Notes: generated by a model from the sequence alone, not told the origin. 64,000 nucleotides of DNA from Candidatus Hydrothermarchaeota archaeon (GCA_046760505.1 JBHIEG010000001.1:52023-116022), one strand, 5' to 3'; positions 21,611-32,965 are shown, counted from the stretch's first letter. Made by a program: numbers and translations.

Positions 21611-22333
21611 TTAAATTAATCTCGAAATCTCTATTCCGTAGTCCGTAATTTCAAAAAGAAACCAGTATGTGAGTGGTTTTTTCCCAATCATTGACTTTAT
21701 CCTCAGTTGTCTTTCAAGCCTTTCTTTTTCCACATATCTTACCTCGACCAAGGAGTCCATTATAGATTCTATTTGTGCGACTGTTTGTGGATCTAGAGCT
21801 TTTTCATGCAGGATATAGAAATTTATTCCATTGAGCCTTTTTAATTTTGCTTTAAATTTCATAATGTGTCTCAGGAGTTCTTTTGTTTCTACATAATACA
21901 AAAGAGTGGTTAAATCATCCACCAGAACCAAGAAGTGGTGACCCTTTACTCTATCGAGTACCTCATCCATTACCTTTGAAACTCTGATCAAATTCGTTGG
22001 ATCGTCTATTACGTATTCAGCATCGCTTTTTTGGATTTCTTCTCTTCCTATGAGTCCTGAATAACCATCCACTATTATAAAAGATCCTTCCTCCTCAAAT
22101 TTTGTGGTATCCCATCCAAAATATCCCATCTTACTCCTTACATCACCGGGAGAATTCCTCAGGGTAAAATATATACCATACTCTCCTCTTATCAAGGCGT
22201 TGTACAAAATCTGCCTGCACAATATACCTTTTCCAACTCCAACATCTCCAAAAACTAGGACGTATTGGCTTCTCGGAAACCCGCCGAAAATTCGATCGTC
22301 AATCTCCTTTATCCCTGTAACCAATAAATCCAT
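21611..22333 (-). CDS. RAD55/KaiC-like single-domain ATPase
   Basis: TGIKEIDD..FGGFP, GDVGVGKG, MGYFGWD, RQLRIKSM. Start MDLLVTG chosen. Confidence 0.8.
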   Translation of the reverse strand: MDLLVTGIKEIDDRIFGGFPRSQYVLVFGDVGVGKGILCRQILYNALIRGEYGIYFTLRNSPGDVRSKMGYFGWDTTKFEEEGSFIIVDGYSGLIGREEIQKSDAEYVIDDPTNLIRVSKVMDEVLDRVKGHHFLVLVDDLTTLLYYVETKELLRHIMKFKAKLKRLNGINFYILHEKALDPQTVAQIESIMDSLVEVRYVEKERLERQLRIKSMIGKKPLTYWFLFEITDYGIEISRLI

Positions 22334-22389
22334 ATATATTAATGAATCGAAACATGATAAAAACATTTTGTAATCAATATTGTAGTAAA

Positions 22390-24234
22390 CTAAAGAAGAG
22401 TTCTAAGTCTCCTCTGGCTATTTATGATGTCTAGGAAAGCTCCTATGTCACCGATCTTTAATGCATAACTGGCTTTCTTAAGAGCACTTGAAATCTCTCG
22501 TAATCTCTTTTGATCTGCATGCATTACCTCTTTACTCAAAATTTCTAGGGAATATGCAGTATCCCCAATTATTTTTCTTATCTTTGGATCCTTTGCTTGC
22601 ATAGAAATTCTTTCAAGTTGTTTTGAAATATGAAATAGCGACTCAGAAGCTTTCTCCCTATCTTTGAGTAAAAGATCAGAGATTTCTTCGAATTGATCAG
22701 ACAATTTCGCTAAAACAAAGAAGAACTGTGGAGGCTTTTGGATGAGGTTCTTTAAATCTTCGGTTCGAACCACAATGTATTCTCCAAATCTGGCAAGGAC
22801 GTACTCTCTTGGTACGTTTTTTCTCTCCAGTATTGCGTATCTAATGTTAGCGTTTTTAGATTGGGTTATTATCCATGGCTGTAGTACTTCACGCCACGCT
22901 CCGTTGTCGGTTCTTCTATCCGTGAAGAGAGATATTGCACATGCTGTAAATCCATTTTCTACGTGGAGTATTTCATTTTGGTATGTGTTTTCCATGATCC
23001 AATTGTATAATTCCAATGAATCTCTGGAAATAGCCCTGTCTTGACGTAAAATCTGCTTATCAGATAGAGCAAGAATTTCCAAGTGTAAGGGCGTGGGCAC
23101 CTTTCTTATTTTCATAAGATAATTCTTTCCTTCAAAAAATTCCCTCCCCCTAGGTATTCCTCCTACTTCTTGTATAAGTTGTCTTGGCAAGTTTTCCTTC
23201 ATTTGTTTAAACTCTTTTGCAGAAAGCGTTTCCTCAGGAAAAGGTCTTATAGTAATGCTCGGAGAAAATGTGAGTGAAAGTATTATCAATAAACATAAGA
23301 CCAAATGAAAGCCGTATTTTCCAAAATCATTTGCCAAGTTTCTCGCGCCTACAGCACATGGTATAGTTATTGCCGAAGGAAAATGGATCCAGAATCTCCA
23401 TGAATAAGTATACGCAGTTGGAATCAACCCGATTACACTTGCTATCAACAAAACATCCACATCTCTTCTTGACTTAAATAGAGAGTAAATTCCGATTATA
23501 CCAAACAAAGCTATGATCAGATCCAAATTTATGTCTCTAAGAGCATGGATCCTTCCATGTATCCAGTTGAAATTTGAAATTACATGAAGTCCCCAAGGCA
23601 AAAATAGGAAGAGAGATATTGAGAGTACCTTGAAAAACCTCTTTAAATATTCTCTTTTTATCAAACTGAATATCAACAAGCCAAGTATGGCTGTCCAAGG
23701 AGCGGCCAAATGCGTCCATAAGGAAATCGTCAGCAACAATATTGCGATCCTTTCACTTTTTATAAATGACCAAAATATCAGGGGATATATCCCAAAGATC
23801 AGAGATGTCGGTGCTATGGATAGTTGCCACCAAAAATAGTTTTCAGGCATACTTAAAAATAAAACACTTAGTAAGGCTATTTTATCATCAAAAAAATCCT
23901 TGGAAACAAACCATATAATAAAAAAAGAAGTGATATACATAATGATTCCATAAAGTCTTTGTATCGTCAGAAATTCTAAACCAAGTAAATGTGAGGATGC
24001 AAATATGGTGTGTAAAAGAGGAGGATATAAATGGGGTCTTCCAACCGGTGCAAACTCATAGTAGTCCCACAGAAGGGATTGGTGATCTGTAAACATTCTT
24101 GCAACCATCTGGTGATAAGTCCAGTCTTTTTGATCGTTTGGTAGTGCATCAAAATTTAATACAAGCAAAATAAGATGGATGAGTATAATAGAAAAAGCAA
24201 TCACCTCGTACTTAGAGAGATTTCTTGAGCCCAT
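22390..24234 (-). CDS. polytopic membrane protein, GT-C glycosyltransferase-like
   Basis: N-terminal TM then D..YH loop, WDYYEFAPVGRPHLYPPL.H, about 10 further TM segments and a soluble C-terminus. Confidence 0.6.
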   Translation of the reverse strand: MGSRNLSKYEVIAFSIILIHLILLVLNFDALPNDQKDWTYHQMVARMFTDHQSLLWDYYEFAPVGRPHLYPPLLHTIFASSHLLGLEFLTIQRLYGIIMYITSFFIIWFVSKDFFDDKIALLSVLFLSMPENYFWWQLSIAPTSLIFGIYPLIFWSFIKSERIAILLLTISLWTHLAAPWTAILGLLIFSLIKREYLKRFFKVLSISLFLFLPWGLHVISNFNWIHGRIHALRDINLDLIIALFGIIGIYSLFKSRRDVDVLLIASVIGLIPTAYTYSWRFWIHFPSAITIPCAVGARNLANDFGKYGFHLVLCLLIILSLTFSPSITIRPFPEETLSAKEFKQMKENLPRQLIQEVGGIPRGREFFEGKNYLMKIRKVPTPLHLEILALSDKQILRQDRAISRDSLELYNWIMENTYQNEILHVENGFTACAISLFTDRRTDNGAWREVLQPWIITQSKNANIRYAILERKNVPREYVLARFGEYIVVRTEDLKNLIQKPPQFFFVLAKLSDQFEEISDLLLKDREKASESLFHISKQLERISMQAKDPKIRKIIGDTAYSLEILSKEVMHADQKRLREISSALKKASYALKIGDIGAFLDIINSQRRLRTLL

Positions 24235-24322
24235 GATGAAGAAGTATATCTCGCAAAATTATAGTTTTTGTTGAATAAAGGAAGCATAAAAAAACTTATA
24301 TTTTGGACAGAATACTGAGGTT

Positions 24323-25660
24323 ATGCGAATTATAATTGGCGGGGCCGGGGAAACAGGGAGAAATCTTGCAATAGCATTTGTAGAAGAAGGCAACGATGTA
24401 ATTATCATCGAAAAAGATAGAGAAGTCTGCGATAAAATAAAAGAAGAAATTGATGCACTTGTTATTGAGGGAAACTGCGCCAGTTATAAGATCTTTGAGT
24501 CAGGAAACCTTGAAGGATCTGATCTTTTTATTGCCACGACCGACAATGATGAGGTAAACATACTTGCATGTATGGTCTCAAAACATTTCGATGTAAAAAA
24601 GACGATTTGCAGAATCAGTAACTTTGAGTACCTTGATAAGCCTATGAGTTCTGCTCCAAAATTCAAGCGATTAGGCATAGATTTAGCGATGTCTCCTGAG
24701 TTGATAGCTTCAGAGAAGATTGCAAGAATTTTAGAGCACAGATACGCAATAGACTGTGAGTATTTTTCTGAGGAAGATATAAAGATGATTGAATTTCCTA
24801 TTTTAAATCCAGATATCCATGATCACTCTTTAGAAGAGAGAATTTTCCCAAAAGAGAGCATTATAGTTGGAATAAGCAGAGGGGATCAGTTAATAATCCC
24901 CAGAGGAAAAGACAAACTTTTCCTAAATGATAAGATAGTTATCTTGGCGAAATCTGAAGTGGGTCCTCTCCTAGAATCTATATGCTGTGGAACTACTGGT
25001 TTAAAGCCGATAAGCAAGGTGATGGTAGTCGGAGCTGGGACAATAGGATTTTATCTGGCGAAATTGCTGAGTGAAAGGGGAATAAAAACCATACTGGTCG
25101 AAAAAAATAAAAAAACAGCCGAAAAAATGGCTAAAGAGTTGCCAAAGGTGCTGGTGCTTTTTGCAGACGGTAAGAACATAGAAGTGCTGAAATCCGAGAA
25201 AGGAATTGATGCCTACGTGGCATGCACAGGAAGCGACGAGACAAACCTCTTAGGATGCATATTGGCCAAAAGATTAGGAATTCCAAAGAGCATTGCCTTG
25301 GTACACAATCCAAGTCACCAACTTCACTTTGAAATGGGCGGAATTGATTCAGTAATATGTCCTAGGCTAGAAATTGTAAGTGAAGTTTTAAGGTTTACCA
25401 GAGAGACAGAAATACTGTCTTTAAGCTTTCTCACCGGTAAGAGAGCAGAAATAGTTGAATACATGGTCTCCGAGAATAAGAAAATTGTTGGTAAAAGATT
25501 AAAAGATATAAAAATGCCAAAAGACTCCATTGTGGGAATGATCATTAGGGGAAATAAAACCATTATACCCAGCGGGAATGAAGTAATTCAGGCTAGAGAT
25601 AAGGTGATCGTTTTCACCCTTACTAAGTGCATCGATGATGTTGAGAATATATTTAAGTGA
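24323..25660 (+). CDS. trkA: Trk potassium uptake system NAD-binding subunit
   Basis: Two RCK_N (GAGETG, GAGTIG) and RCK_C repeats. Confidence 0.93.
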   Translation: MRIIIGGAGETGRNLAIAFVEEGNDVIIIEKDREVCDKIKEEIDALVIEGNCASYKIFESGNLEGSDLFIATTDNDEVNILACMVSKHFDVKKTICRISNFEYLDKPMSSAPKFKRLGIDLAMSPELIASEKIARILEHRYAIDCEYFSEEDIKMIEFPILNPDIHDHSLEERIFPKESIIVGISRGDQLIIPRGKDKLFLNDKIVILAKSEVGPLLESICCGTTGLKPISKVMVVGAGTIGFYLAKLLSERGIKTILVEKNKKTAEKMAKELPKVLVLFADGKNIEVLKSEKGIDAYVACTGSDETNLLGCILAKRLGIPKSIALVHNPSHQLHFEMGGIDSVICPRLEIVSEVLRFTRETEILSLSFLTGKRAEIVEYMVSENKKIVGKRLKDIKMPKDSIVGMIIRGNKTIIPSGNEVIQARDKVIVFTLTKCIDDVENIFK

Positions 25661-25666
25661 TTTTTC

Positions 25667-27112
25667 ATGTCTTTCAGGGAAGTCATCAGATCCTTAGGTA
25701 CAATTACAAAGTTTTATGGGGCTTTATTTGTTCTTCCAACCCTTGTTGCATTAATATACGGAGAGTATAATCCTGCTATCGTATTCGTTTCCGTTGGAAT
25801 TTTTGCATTTTTGATGGGGAAAATTCTTGAGACGGTAGGTCCCGAGCTTGAAGAGATTCATATAAGAGAGGGTTTCATGATCGTTGCCTTAAGCTGGCTT
25901 GTTGCAGCATTACTTGGTTCATTTCCCTTCTACTTTACCCATGTAATGCCTAATTTTTACGATGCTTTTTTTGAGGCGATGTCAGGCATCACGACTACTG
26001 GTGCCACGGTTGTTACCGACATGGATGGAATACCGAGAAGCATACTTTTCTGGAGAGGATTAATCCAGTGGATCGGCGGTATGGGGATTATTGTCCTATC
26101 AATCGCTGTTTTGCCTGAATTAACGATAGTAGGGAGGCATCTCTTTAGAGCAGAAGTGCCTGGAGTGGCTACAGAGAAAATAGTGCCCAGAATTAGAAAT
26201 ACCGCCATAATTTTATGGTCCGTGTATGCATTCTTCTCCATTGGGGAAGTACTTCTCTTAAAAATTGCAGGGATGTCGATTTACGATGCTATTTGCCATA
26301 CATTTACCACAATGGCTACTGGCGGCTTTTCCACAAAACTGCAGAGCATAGGGTACTACAATTCTCCAACGATCGAGTTTATAATATGTACCTTTATGTT
26401 TATTGCAGGCACGAACTTTGCATTACACTACCACGGAATTAGAGGCAACTTTAGAGCGTACCTGAGGGATTCAGAATTTAGATTCTACTTGGCGATTATT
26501 ATCATATCAGTGTCTTTAGTCTCGCTGAATTTATATCTCAACCATATATACAATCCCTCTACAGCGTTTAGGTACTCCCTCTTCCAAGTGATGTCTATTC
26601 TCACGACAACAGGATACACCACCGCGGACTTCAACAACTGGACGGATTTTTCCAAAATGATCCTCCTTCTTCTTATGTTCATTGGAGGTTGCGCTGGCTC
26701 TACCGGAGGATCAATCAAAAACATAAGGATATTTTTATTGTTAAAACTCATTCATCGGGAAGTACGAAAACTAGTGCATCCAAGCGCGGTTCTTCCATTA
26801 AGAATAGGTGATGATGTCATTTCAGATGAAGTTATCATAAACGTAGGAGCCTTCTTCTTTCTCTATATGATAATATTCATCATCTCAACTCTTTTTGTTG
26901 CCTCTCACGGATACGACATTGTTACATCTATATCTGCTGTAGCAGCCACACAAGGGAATGTTGGTCCTGGGTTGGGGCTTGTTGGCCCCTCATTTAATTA
27001 CGCTTTTTTCTCTCCCCAAGTAAAACTTCTATTGGCAACTTGTATGTGGATTGGTCGTTTAGAACTTTTTACGGTTATATTGCTTCTTTTCCCTAGCACA
27101 TGGAGAGCCTGA
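25667..27112 (+). CDS. trkH: Trk potassium uptake permease
   Basis: FEAMSGITTTGAT, QWIGGMG, ATGGFS, TTTGY, GGCAGSTGG, GNVGPG, GRLE. Confidence 0.95.
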   Translation: MSFREVIRSLGTITKFYGALFVLPTLVALIYGEYNPAIVFVSVGIFAFLMGKILETVGPELEEIHIREGFMIVALSWLVAALLGSFPFYFTHVMPNFYDAFFEAMSGITTTGATVVTDMDGIPRSILFWRGLIQWIGGMGIIVLSIAVLPELTIVGRHLFRAEVPGVATEKIVPRIRNTAIILWSVYAFFSIGEVLLLKIAGMSIYDAICHTFTTMATGGFSTKLQSIGYYNSPTIEFIICTFMFIAGTNFALHYHGIRGNFRAYLRDSEFRFYLAIIIISVSLVSLNLYLNHIYNPSTAFRYSLFQVMSILTTTGYTTADFNNWTDFSKMILLLLMFIGGCAGSTGGSIKNIRIFLLLKLIHREVRKLVHPSAVLPLRIGDDVISDEVIINVGAFFFLYMIIFIISTLFVASHGYDIVTSISAVAATQGNVGPGLGLVGPSFNYAFFSPQVKLLLATCMWIGRLELFTVILLLFPSTWRA

Positions 27113-27122
27113 AGCTTAAAAA

Positions 27123-28289
27123 TTACCTTAACTTGTGAAGAAACGATTCCATCCTAGATATTGCTTCATTTATTGCTTCTCTTGAAGCAGCATAAGCACA
27201 TCTCACGAATCCTTCGCCTGCACTCCCAAATGCATCTCCCGGTACCACTGCAACCTTTTTCTCCTTGAGCAGTCTTTCTGCAAATTCTTTAGATGTGAGT
27301 CCTGATATGTCAATTGATGGAAAAGCGTAGAATGCCCCTTTTGGCTCAAATGTGTATAGCCCTATTTTGTTCAACCCTTTTACTATTAATCTTCTTCTTC
27401 TGTTGTATTCCTTTACCATTGCCTTCATCTCTTTCTCACCGTTCTGAATTGCCTCTATTGCCGCGAATTGACCAGTTATGGGGGCACATAGCATGCTATA
27501 CTGATGAATTTTCATCATAGCCTCTATAATCTCAGGAGTAGATGCTGCATATCCTATTCGAAGACCAGTCATAGCATATGCCTTAGAGAATCCGTTTAAC
27601 AATATTGTATTCTCTTCCATACCATTTAAAGAAGAAAAGCAGGTGTGTTTTCCTTCGTATGTGAGTTTATCATAAACTTCGTCTGATATTACGATCAAAT
27701 TGTGTTCGTTTACAACATCCGCGATTTCTTCTAGGTCTTTTTTACCCATCGTGGCTCCTGTAGGATTATTGGGATAGCCAATTACTATTGCCTTTGTTTT
27801 GTCTGTTATTTTTTCTTCAATCTGTTCAGCAGTTACCTTGAACTCATTTGAAAGAAATGTAGGCACTTCTACAGGTTTTCCACCAGCAAAGATTATGCAA
27901 GGTTTGTACATTACATAGCAAGGCTCAGGTACGATTACCTCATCTCCAACATCAACTATCGCCCTCACTGCTAAATCGTATCCCTCGCTCACCCCAGTGG
28001 TGATCAGCAGCTGATCTGAGGGGTCGTAGTAAACAGAATAGTCAGAATAAAGTTGCTGAGAAATCGCCTCCCTCAATTCAAGCAACCCATAGTTAGATGT
28101 ATAGGTTGTATATCCCTTCTCTAGAGAGTAGATAGCTGCTTCCCTTATGTGCCAAGGAGTAACAAAGTCAGGCTCCCCTACACCTAGGGAAACAACATCT
28201 TCCATGCCGATGACCATCTCAAAAAATTCACGAATACCAGAGGGTGGTACTTTTTTTATTCTATCAGCTATCTTGGATTTATCCCTCAT
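27123..28289 (-). CDS. PLP-dependent class I/II aminotransferase
   Basis: LGVGEPDF, PNNPTG, SDEVY, GFSKAYAMTGLRIGY. Confidence 0.93.
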   Translation of the reverse strand: MRDKSKIADRIKKVPPSGIREFFEMVIGMEDVVSLGVGEPDFVTPWHIREAAIYSLEKGYTTYTSNYGLLELREAISQQLYSDYSVYYDPSDQLLITTGVSEGYDLAVRAIVDVGDEVIVPEPCYVMYKPCIIFAGGKPVEVPTFLSNEFKVTAEQIEEKITDKTKAIVIGYPNNPTGATMGKKDLEEIADVVNEHNLIVISDEVYDKLTYEGKHTCFSSLNGMEENTILLNGFSKAYAMTGLRIGYAASTPEIIEAMMKIHQYSMLCAPITGQFAAIEAIQNGEKEMKAMVKEYNRRRRLIVKGLNKIGLYTFEPKGAFYAFPSIDISGLTSKEFAERLLKEKKVAVVPGDAFGSAGEGFVRCAYAASREAINEAISRMESFLHKLR

Positions 28290-28777
28290 GGAGTTATCGC
28301 CAACCTCTTGTTATCCTCTTTTACGTAAATGATGTCTCCATCTTCCTTGTATTTTTTCAAGAGGAAGTGCGTGAATGTGCCTCCCACTTGTTCTAAGGGG
28401 GCTAATTTTTCAGCCACAAAAAAAGCCACATCTTTCATGCTCTTTCCTTCCACAAGTACCGTGAGGTCGTATTCACCTGAAACCAAATATATCGTTCTCA
28501 CTTCTGGAAAGTTTGCTATTCTCTCCGCAGGATGATCATACCCGGTTCCTCTCGCAGGGGTAATCTTAACGTCTATTAAGGCGTAAACTTTTTCTTCTCC
28601 AACCTTTTCCCAATCAACTACAGCCTTATATCTCCTTATTATGCCCTCTTTTTCCAGTCTGTATATCCTCTTTTCGACTTCTTCTTCCGATAAGTTTAGC
28701 ATTGTGGCAATCTCACTTCTGCTCGTCTTTGCATCGCGCTCTAATATATACAGAATCTCTTTTGTTTTCTCATCCAT
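28286..28777 (-). CDS. Lrp/AsnC transcriptional regulator coupled to the aminotransferase
   Basis: HTH plus YLVSGEYDL, THFLLKKYKEDG; SD GAGGTGA before ATG 28777; ATGA overlap with the aminotransferase. Confidence 0.9.
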   Translation of the reverse strand: MDEKTKEILYILERDAKTSRSEIATMLNLSEEEVEKRIYRLEKEGIIRRYKAVVDWEKVGEEKVYALIDVKITPARGTGYDHPAERIANFPEVRTIYLVSGEYDLTVLVEGKSMKDVAFFVAEKLAPLEQVGGTFTHFLLKKYKEDGDIIYVKEDNKRLAITP

Positions 28778-29014
28778 CGAGATCACCTCTGGTTACCCTT
28801 GTAATACATGCCCAACATAATTAAAGTTTACGACATAAACATGATCATCAATGATTTTTAAGTTAGAGTGCTTTACCATAATCCCCCATATTGAATAATG
28901 GTTTTACACCGATGTGTATACTTTCTAACTAACTTAACCAGATATTAATACACTTTATCATTGCATAAATGTTAAGCAATTTGTCACCTAATCCATATCA
29001 ACCTCTCATTTTTC

Positions 29015-29103
29015 CATAAAACTTATATACTAAGAGATTGAGAAAGAGTTATTGTGCTCTGTCGTATGAGCTAGTAAATATAGGAAAGGTTAGCTGGAGG
29101 TGA
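29015..29103 (+). promoter_or_regulatory. putative histone promoter (BRE/TATA) and SD
   Basis: CATAAAA-C-TTATATA at 29015-29029; GGAGGTGA at 29096-29103. Confidence 0.5.
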
Positions 29104-29109
29104 AAACAT

Positions 29110-29316
29110 ATGGCGGAGTTGCCTATAGCACCAGTCGATAGGATTGTGAGGAAGGCAGGTGCAGAGCGAGTAAGTGAGGATGCAAAAGAGGCATTGGCTG
29201 AACTCCTAGAAGAATATGGAGTTGGAATTGCCCAAGAAGCTGTCAAACTCGCTAAACACGCTGGAAGAAAGACTGTAAAGGCCATAGATATAAAACTCGC
29301 TGTGAAACGCGCTTAA
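29110..29316 (+). CDS. archaeal histone (HMf/HMt family)
   Basis: [25 protein letters not shown]...[14 protein letters not shown]. Confidence 0.97.
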   Translation: MAELPIAPVDRIVRKAGAERVSEDAKEALAELLEEYGVGIAQEAVKLAKHAGRKTVKAIDIKLAVKRA

Positions 29317-29329
29317 TCCTTCCATTTTC

Positions 29330-30361
29330 TTATTTTTTTATATAACTGCCGATTATTGGAATCTCCTCACCACACTTACATTTTTTATCGATGAGATTGT
29401 ATTCCAAAACCCTGTATCCATATCTTTTTATCAATAGAGAATTACATCTCGGGCAATAAGTATTCTCAAATTTATGTCCTAAAACATTTCCCAAATAGGG
29501 AAAAAGTATCCCTTCTTTTTTTGCAGTTTCATACGCATGGATCAAAGTATCAAGGGATGTGGGAGGGTTTTCAAATTTATAGGCCGGAAAATACCTTGTA
29601 AAGTGAATGGGGGTATCTGGGCCCAAGTTCTTAAGGTGCTCATCAATAATCCACCTGATACATTCTTCATCATCGTTAACGTTAGATATTAGAAGATTAA
29701 TCATTTCGACATGGATATTCAACTCTTTAGCCCTTCTAGCATTTCTCCAGATTATATTAACATCAACACCTTTGCAATATTTCTTGTATACCTCATCGTT
29801 TCCCTTTATGTCTATGTTTATAGCGTTCAATCCGCTATCTTTAAGCATTTTAAGTGCATCTAACGTGAAGTATCCGTTTGAAACATAAGTATTGTACAAT
29901 CCAATCTCTTTGGAAAGTTTAAAACACTCTAGATTGAATTCATGTAGTAAGGTTGGCTCGTTTAAACTCACACACAAACCATTGTCATTTCTCTTAAAAG
30001 CCAGATCAACCACATCTTTGGGGGAGAAATATCTCAAATGGACTTTATCAGGTCTTGTTTTGCTTAGGTGCCAGTTTTGACACCATGGACAATCGAAGTT
30101 ACATGATACGGTAGAATAAGTAAGAGAAGTAGAACCCGGCCAAAAATGAAAGAATGGTTTTATCTCTATAGGTCTGCTTTCCAATGCACTTAATTTTCCG
30201 TAAACAGTTGTGTATAATCTTCCTTCAATATTTTTTCTGGTCTTACAGTAGCCTGTCTCTCCAGATGAAATCTTGCATCTTCGCTCGCAAAGATTGCAGA
30301 GGACTTTTTCTCCCAATTTTTTATACAGCATGGCTTCTCGAACTGGACTCTCCTTCAACAT
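29330..30361 (-). CDS. amrS: AmmeMemoRadiSam-system radical SAM enzyme
   Basis: CNLCERRC, G.C..R.N, PIEIKPFFHF.PG, CNFDCPWCQNW, HFTRYFP, NTYCPRC. Confidence 0.85.
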   Translation of the reverse strand: MLKESPVREAMLYKKLGEKVLCNLCERRCKISSGETGYCKTRKNIEGRLYTTVYGKLSALESRPIEIKPFFHFWPGSTSLTYSTVSCNFDCPWCQNWHLSKTRPDKVHLRYFSPKDVVDLAFKRNDNGLCVSLNEPTLLHEFNLECFKLSKEIGLYNTYVSNGYFTLDALKMLKDSGLNAINIDIKGNDEVYKKYCKGVDVNIIWRNARRAKELNIHVEMINLLISNVNDDEECIRWIIDEHLKNLGPDTPIHFTRYFPAYKFENPPTSLDTLIHAYETAKKEGILFPYLGNVLGHKFENTYCPRCNSLLIKRYGYRVLEYNLIDKKCKCGEEIPIIGSYIKK

Positions 30362-30461
30362 ATAACCAAGGTACTCAGTTTACATATTAAAATTTAGATC
30401 AAAGTTAAGATAGTTTAGACAGTAATAATAAAATAAAAAAAATTAGAACAGAAGGGTATTC

Positions 30462-31157
30462 ATGTCTATCTGTAAAAACAAAAAGAGAAGATACTACAGG
30501 TTTAGAGCAGACAGATTTTATGGTGGTATAGCCACTGCTGATTGCATGGGATGCAACCTTGATTGTGCCTTCTGCTGGAGCTATTATACGAAAGAGAATC
30601 CTATGATGGGAAATTTTTATTCTTCAAAAGATGTCGCATTAAGATTAATTAAAATAGCAAAGAATAATGGATTTAGGTATGTAAGAATAAGCGGAAACGA
30701 GCCTACCTTATGCAGAGATCATCTATTGAATGTGATAAAAACAGTGGAAAGAAAAACAAATCTTACATTTATACTCGAAACCAATGGAATAGAATTGGGT
30801 AAAAACGAAGACTACATAGAAGATCTGAAGGAATTTAAAAATCTGCACGTAAGAGTCTCTTTCAAAGTAGGAAATCCAAATCACTTTGAAATTATAACAA
30901 ATAGACCAAAATCATGGTTCAATTACCAATTAAAAGCGATTGAATATTTATATAAGCACAAAGTTTCTTTTCATCCTGCTATAGTGAAAGAGTACCATGA
31001 TGAATATCTCATTAAAAGATTGGTTGATGTAGATTCTAATATAGCTAGAAATCTTGAGTTTGAGAGTTTAAAAATAACTGCACCAATTAAAAGAAGATTG
31101 TTAAGGAGGGGTTTGCTCAAAAACGGATCGATTCCTCTGAACTTGGAGGATTTTTAA
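30462..31157 (+). CDS. radical SAM protein (PFL-activase-like archaeal family)
   Basis: YYRFR..RFYGGIATADCMGCNLDCAFCW, ISGNEPT, LETNG. Confidence 0.82.
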   Translation: MSICKNKKRRYYRFRADRFYGGIATADCMGCNLDCAFCWSYYTKENPMMGNFYSSKDVALRLIKIAKNNGFRYVRISGNEPTLCRDHLLNVIKTVERKTNLTFILETNGIELGKNEDYIEDLKEFKNLHVRVSFKVGNPNHFEIITNRPKSWFNYQLKAIEYLYKHKVSFHPAIVKEYHDEYLIKRLVDVDSNIARNLEFESLKITAPIKRRLLRRGLLKNGSIPLNLEDF

Positions 31158-31236
31158 TGTTCTTATCATCATAATAAAGAGAGTAAATCTAAAAAAATAA
31201 TTGAAAGATAAAAAGATTAACAGATTTCTGAGACCG

Positions 31237-31524
31237 TTACTCCTTCAGGACTTTAATTAGGTCGTCTACAGACATTGCAGGCATGGTTAGTGTTTGTATT
31301 GTCCCTCGGGCACCGAGTTCAACCGCGACCTTGATAGCAGTTTCGTTGTCAGGAGCTTCCAGTATGTTTACAAAGTCATATGGGCCGAAAACGGTGTATT
31401 GACTTAGTATTTTGACTCCCATTGCCTCAACTTCTTTGTTGACCTCTTTTATTCTTTCTGGATTCTTTTTTATGGTCTTTCTGCCCTCGTCCGTAAGCGT
31501 GGTCAGCATAACATATACCGGCAT
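31237..31524 (-). CDS. GYD-domain protein
   Basis: YVMLTTLTDEG, GPYDFV...EAPD, G...T.TM.A; strong SD GGAGGTGA. Confidence 0.85.
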   Translation of the reverse strand: MPVYVMLTTLTDEGRKTIKKNPERIKEVNKEVEAMGVKILSQYTVFGPYDFVNILEAPDNETAIKVAVELGARGTIQTLTMPAMSVDDLIKVLKE

Positions 31525-31762
31525 ATCCTCACCTCCCTCTCGATCAACTTACACGAGCGATGTACACATTAAGCTACCTTATAAATGAGATAAAGTTTGC
31601 GGAGTATGAAGGTTATTTTCACATGAAACATAGCGGATCTCACTGGAATCTTCAACGATCTTCTCTTTATCCAAAAGTAGTAGACAGAAGTATCCAATAT
31701 GTTTTTGGAGATCAAACTCCTTTATATACTACTTATCTATCTCTGAAGTGGTCAGCGACCTT

Positions 31763-32965
31763 TTATTTATCGCCTCTCGATTTTCTTCTAATTTTGTTGA
31801 ATAGATTCGCCTGAAATCCATGAAATTTGAGCATGCCACTTATTTCTCTCTGATCGAATGCCTTTTCATCGAACGATACAGCCTCTTTTTCGTATAGGGC
31901 AAATGGAGATTCTTTTGAAACCACCCTTGCATTGCCTTTATGCAGTTTTATCTTTACCGTACCAGAACACCTTTTCTGAGTAAAGTCTATATATTCGTCC
32001 AGCCCCAACCTCAAAGGATCGTGCCACAGTCCATGGTATATCAACTCTCCATACAAGGAGTCCACATATTCTTTAAATCTGATTTCGTTCCTTGTTAAAA
32101 CCAAACTTTCTAGGCTTTTATGAGAGTTTAAAAGAGTCATAGCTGCGGGAGCTTCATAAATTTCCCTAGACTTTAGACCGAGAATTCTGTCCTCGATTAT
32201 GTCAATTCTTCCCACCCCGTGTGATCCTGCTATTTTATTTAGGTTCATTATCAACTCAAGAGGGGGCATCTTATTGTTATCTAGAGAAACAGGTTCTCCT
32301 TCTTCAAAATCGATTTCAATAACTTCGCCATCTTCAGGTGCATCTTTTACAGAAACCGTCATTTCAAATATATCCTCAGGAGGATCCAAAGAAGGATCTT
32401 CTAAAACTCCACCCTCAATCGATCGGCCCCAGAGATTTTCATCTATGCTGTAGGGTTTCTCATGCGTTACAGGAATTGGAATCCTCTTTTCTTTTGCATA
32501 TTCGATTTCTTCTTTTCTTGACATGTTTAGTTCTCTGATCGGCGCTATAACCTCAAAATCACTAGTTCCCCTTATTAAGGTCTCGAATCTGAATTGATCG
32601 TTGCCTTTGCCGGTACATCCATGGGCTATTGCTTTAGCGTTTAATTCTCTGGCTTTTTCTACCGCTTTTGTGGCGATTAACGGTCTTGCCAAGGCTGTAC
32701 TTAAAGGATAGCCTTCATAGATGGCATTCGCTTTGATAGCCCTAAATATGTAGTCCTCTGCGAATTCATCCTTTGCATCTATGGTGTAATGATCCGAAAC
32801 ACCAATTTTTTCAGCTCTTTCTTCAGCCTCTTTTATATCGTTTGCTGGCTGTCCAACGTCTACTGTAACAGTTACTACATCCATATTGTATTTTTCTTGG
32901 ATCAACCTAATGCAAACCGAGGTATCCAAGCCTCCGCTGTAGGTTAACACGCAGATATCCTTCAT
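31763..32965 (-). CDS. argG: argininosuccinate synthase
   Basis: [42 protein letters not shown]; ATGA overlap with carB. Confidence 0.96.
   Translation of the reverse strand: MKDICVLTYSGGLDTSVCIRLIQEKYNMDVVTVTVDVGQPANDIKEAEERAEKIGVSDHYTIDAKDEFAEDYIFRAIKANAIYEGYPLSTALARPLIATKAVEKARELNAKAIAHGCTGKGNDQFRFETLIRGTSDFEVIAPIRELNMSRKEEIEYAKEKRIPIPVTHEKPYSIDENLWGRSIEGGVLEDPSLDPPEDIFEMTVSVKDAPEDGEVIEIDFEEGEPVSLDNNKMPPLELIMNLNKIAGSHGVGRIDIIEDRILGLKSREIYEAPAAMTLLNSHKSLESLVLTRNEIRFKEYVDSLYGELIYHGLWHDPLRLGLDEYIDFTQKRCSGTVKIKLHKGNARVVSKESPFALYEKEAVSFDEKAFDQREISGMLKFHGFQANLFNKIRRKSRGDK

Noticed and set aside
31560-31814. 84-aa plus-strand ORF between the GYD gene and argG
   Set aside because: No motif or SD, and it overlaps the argG 3' end; probably spurious.
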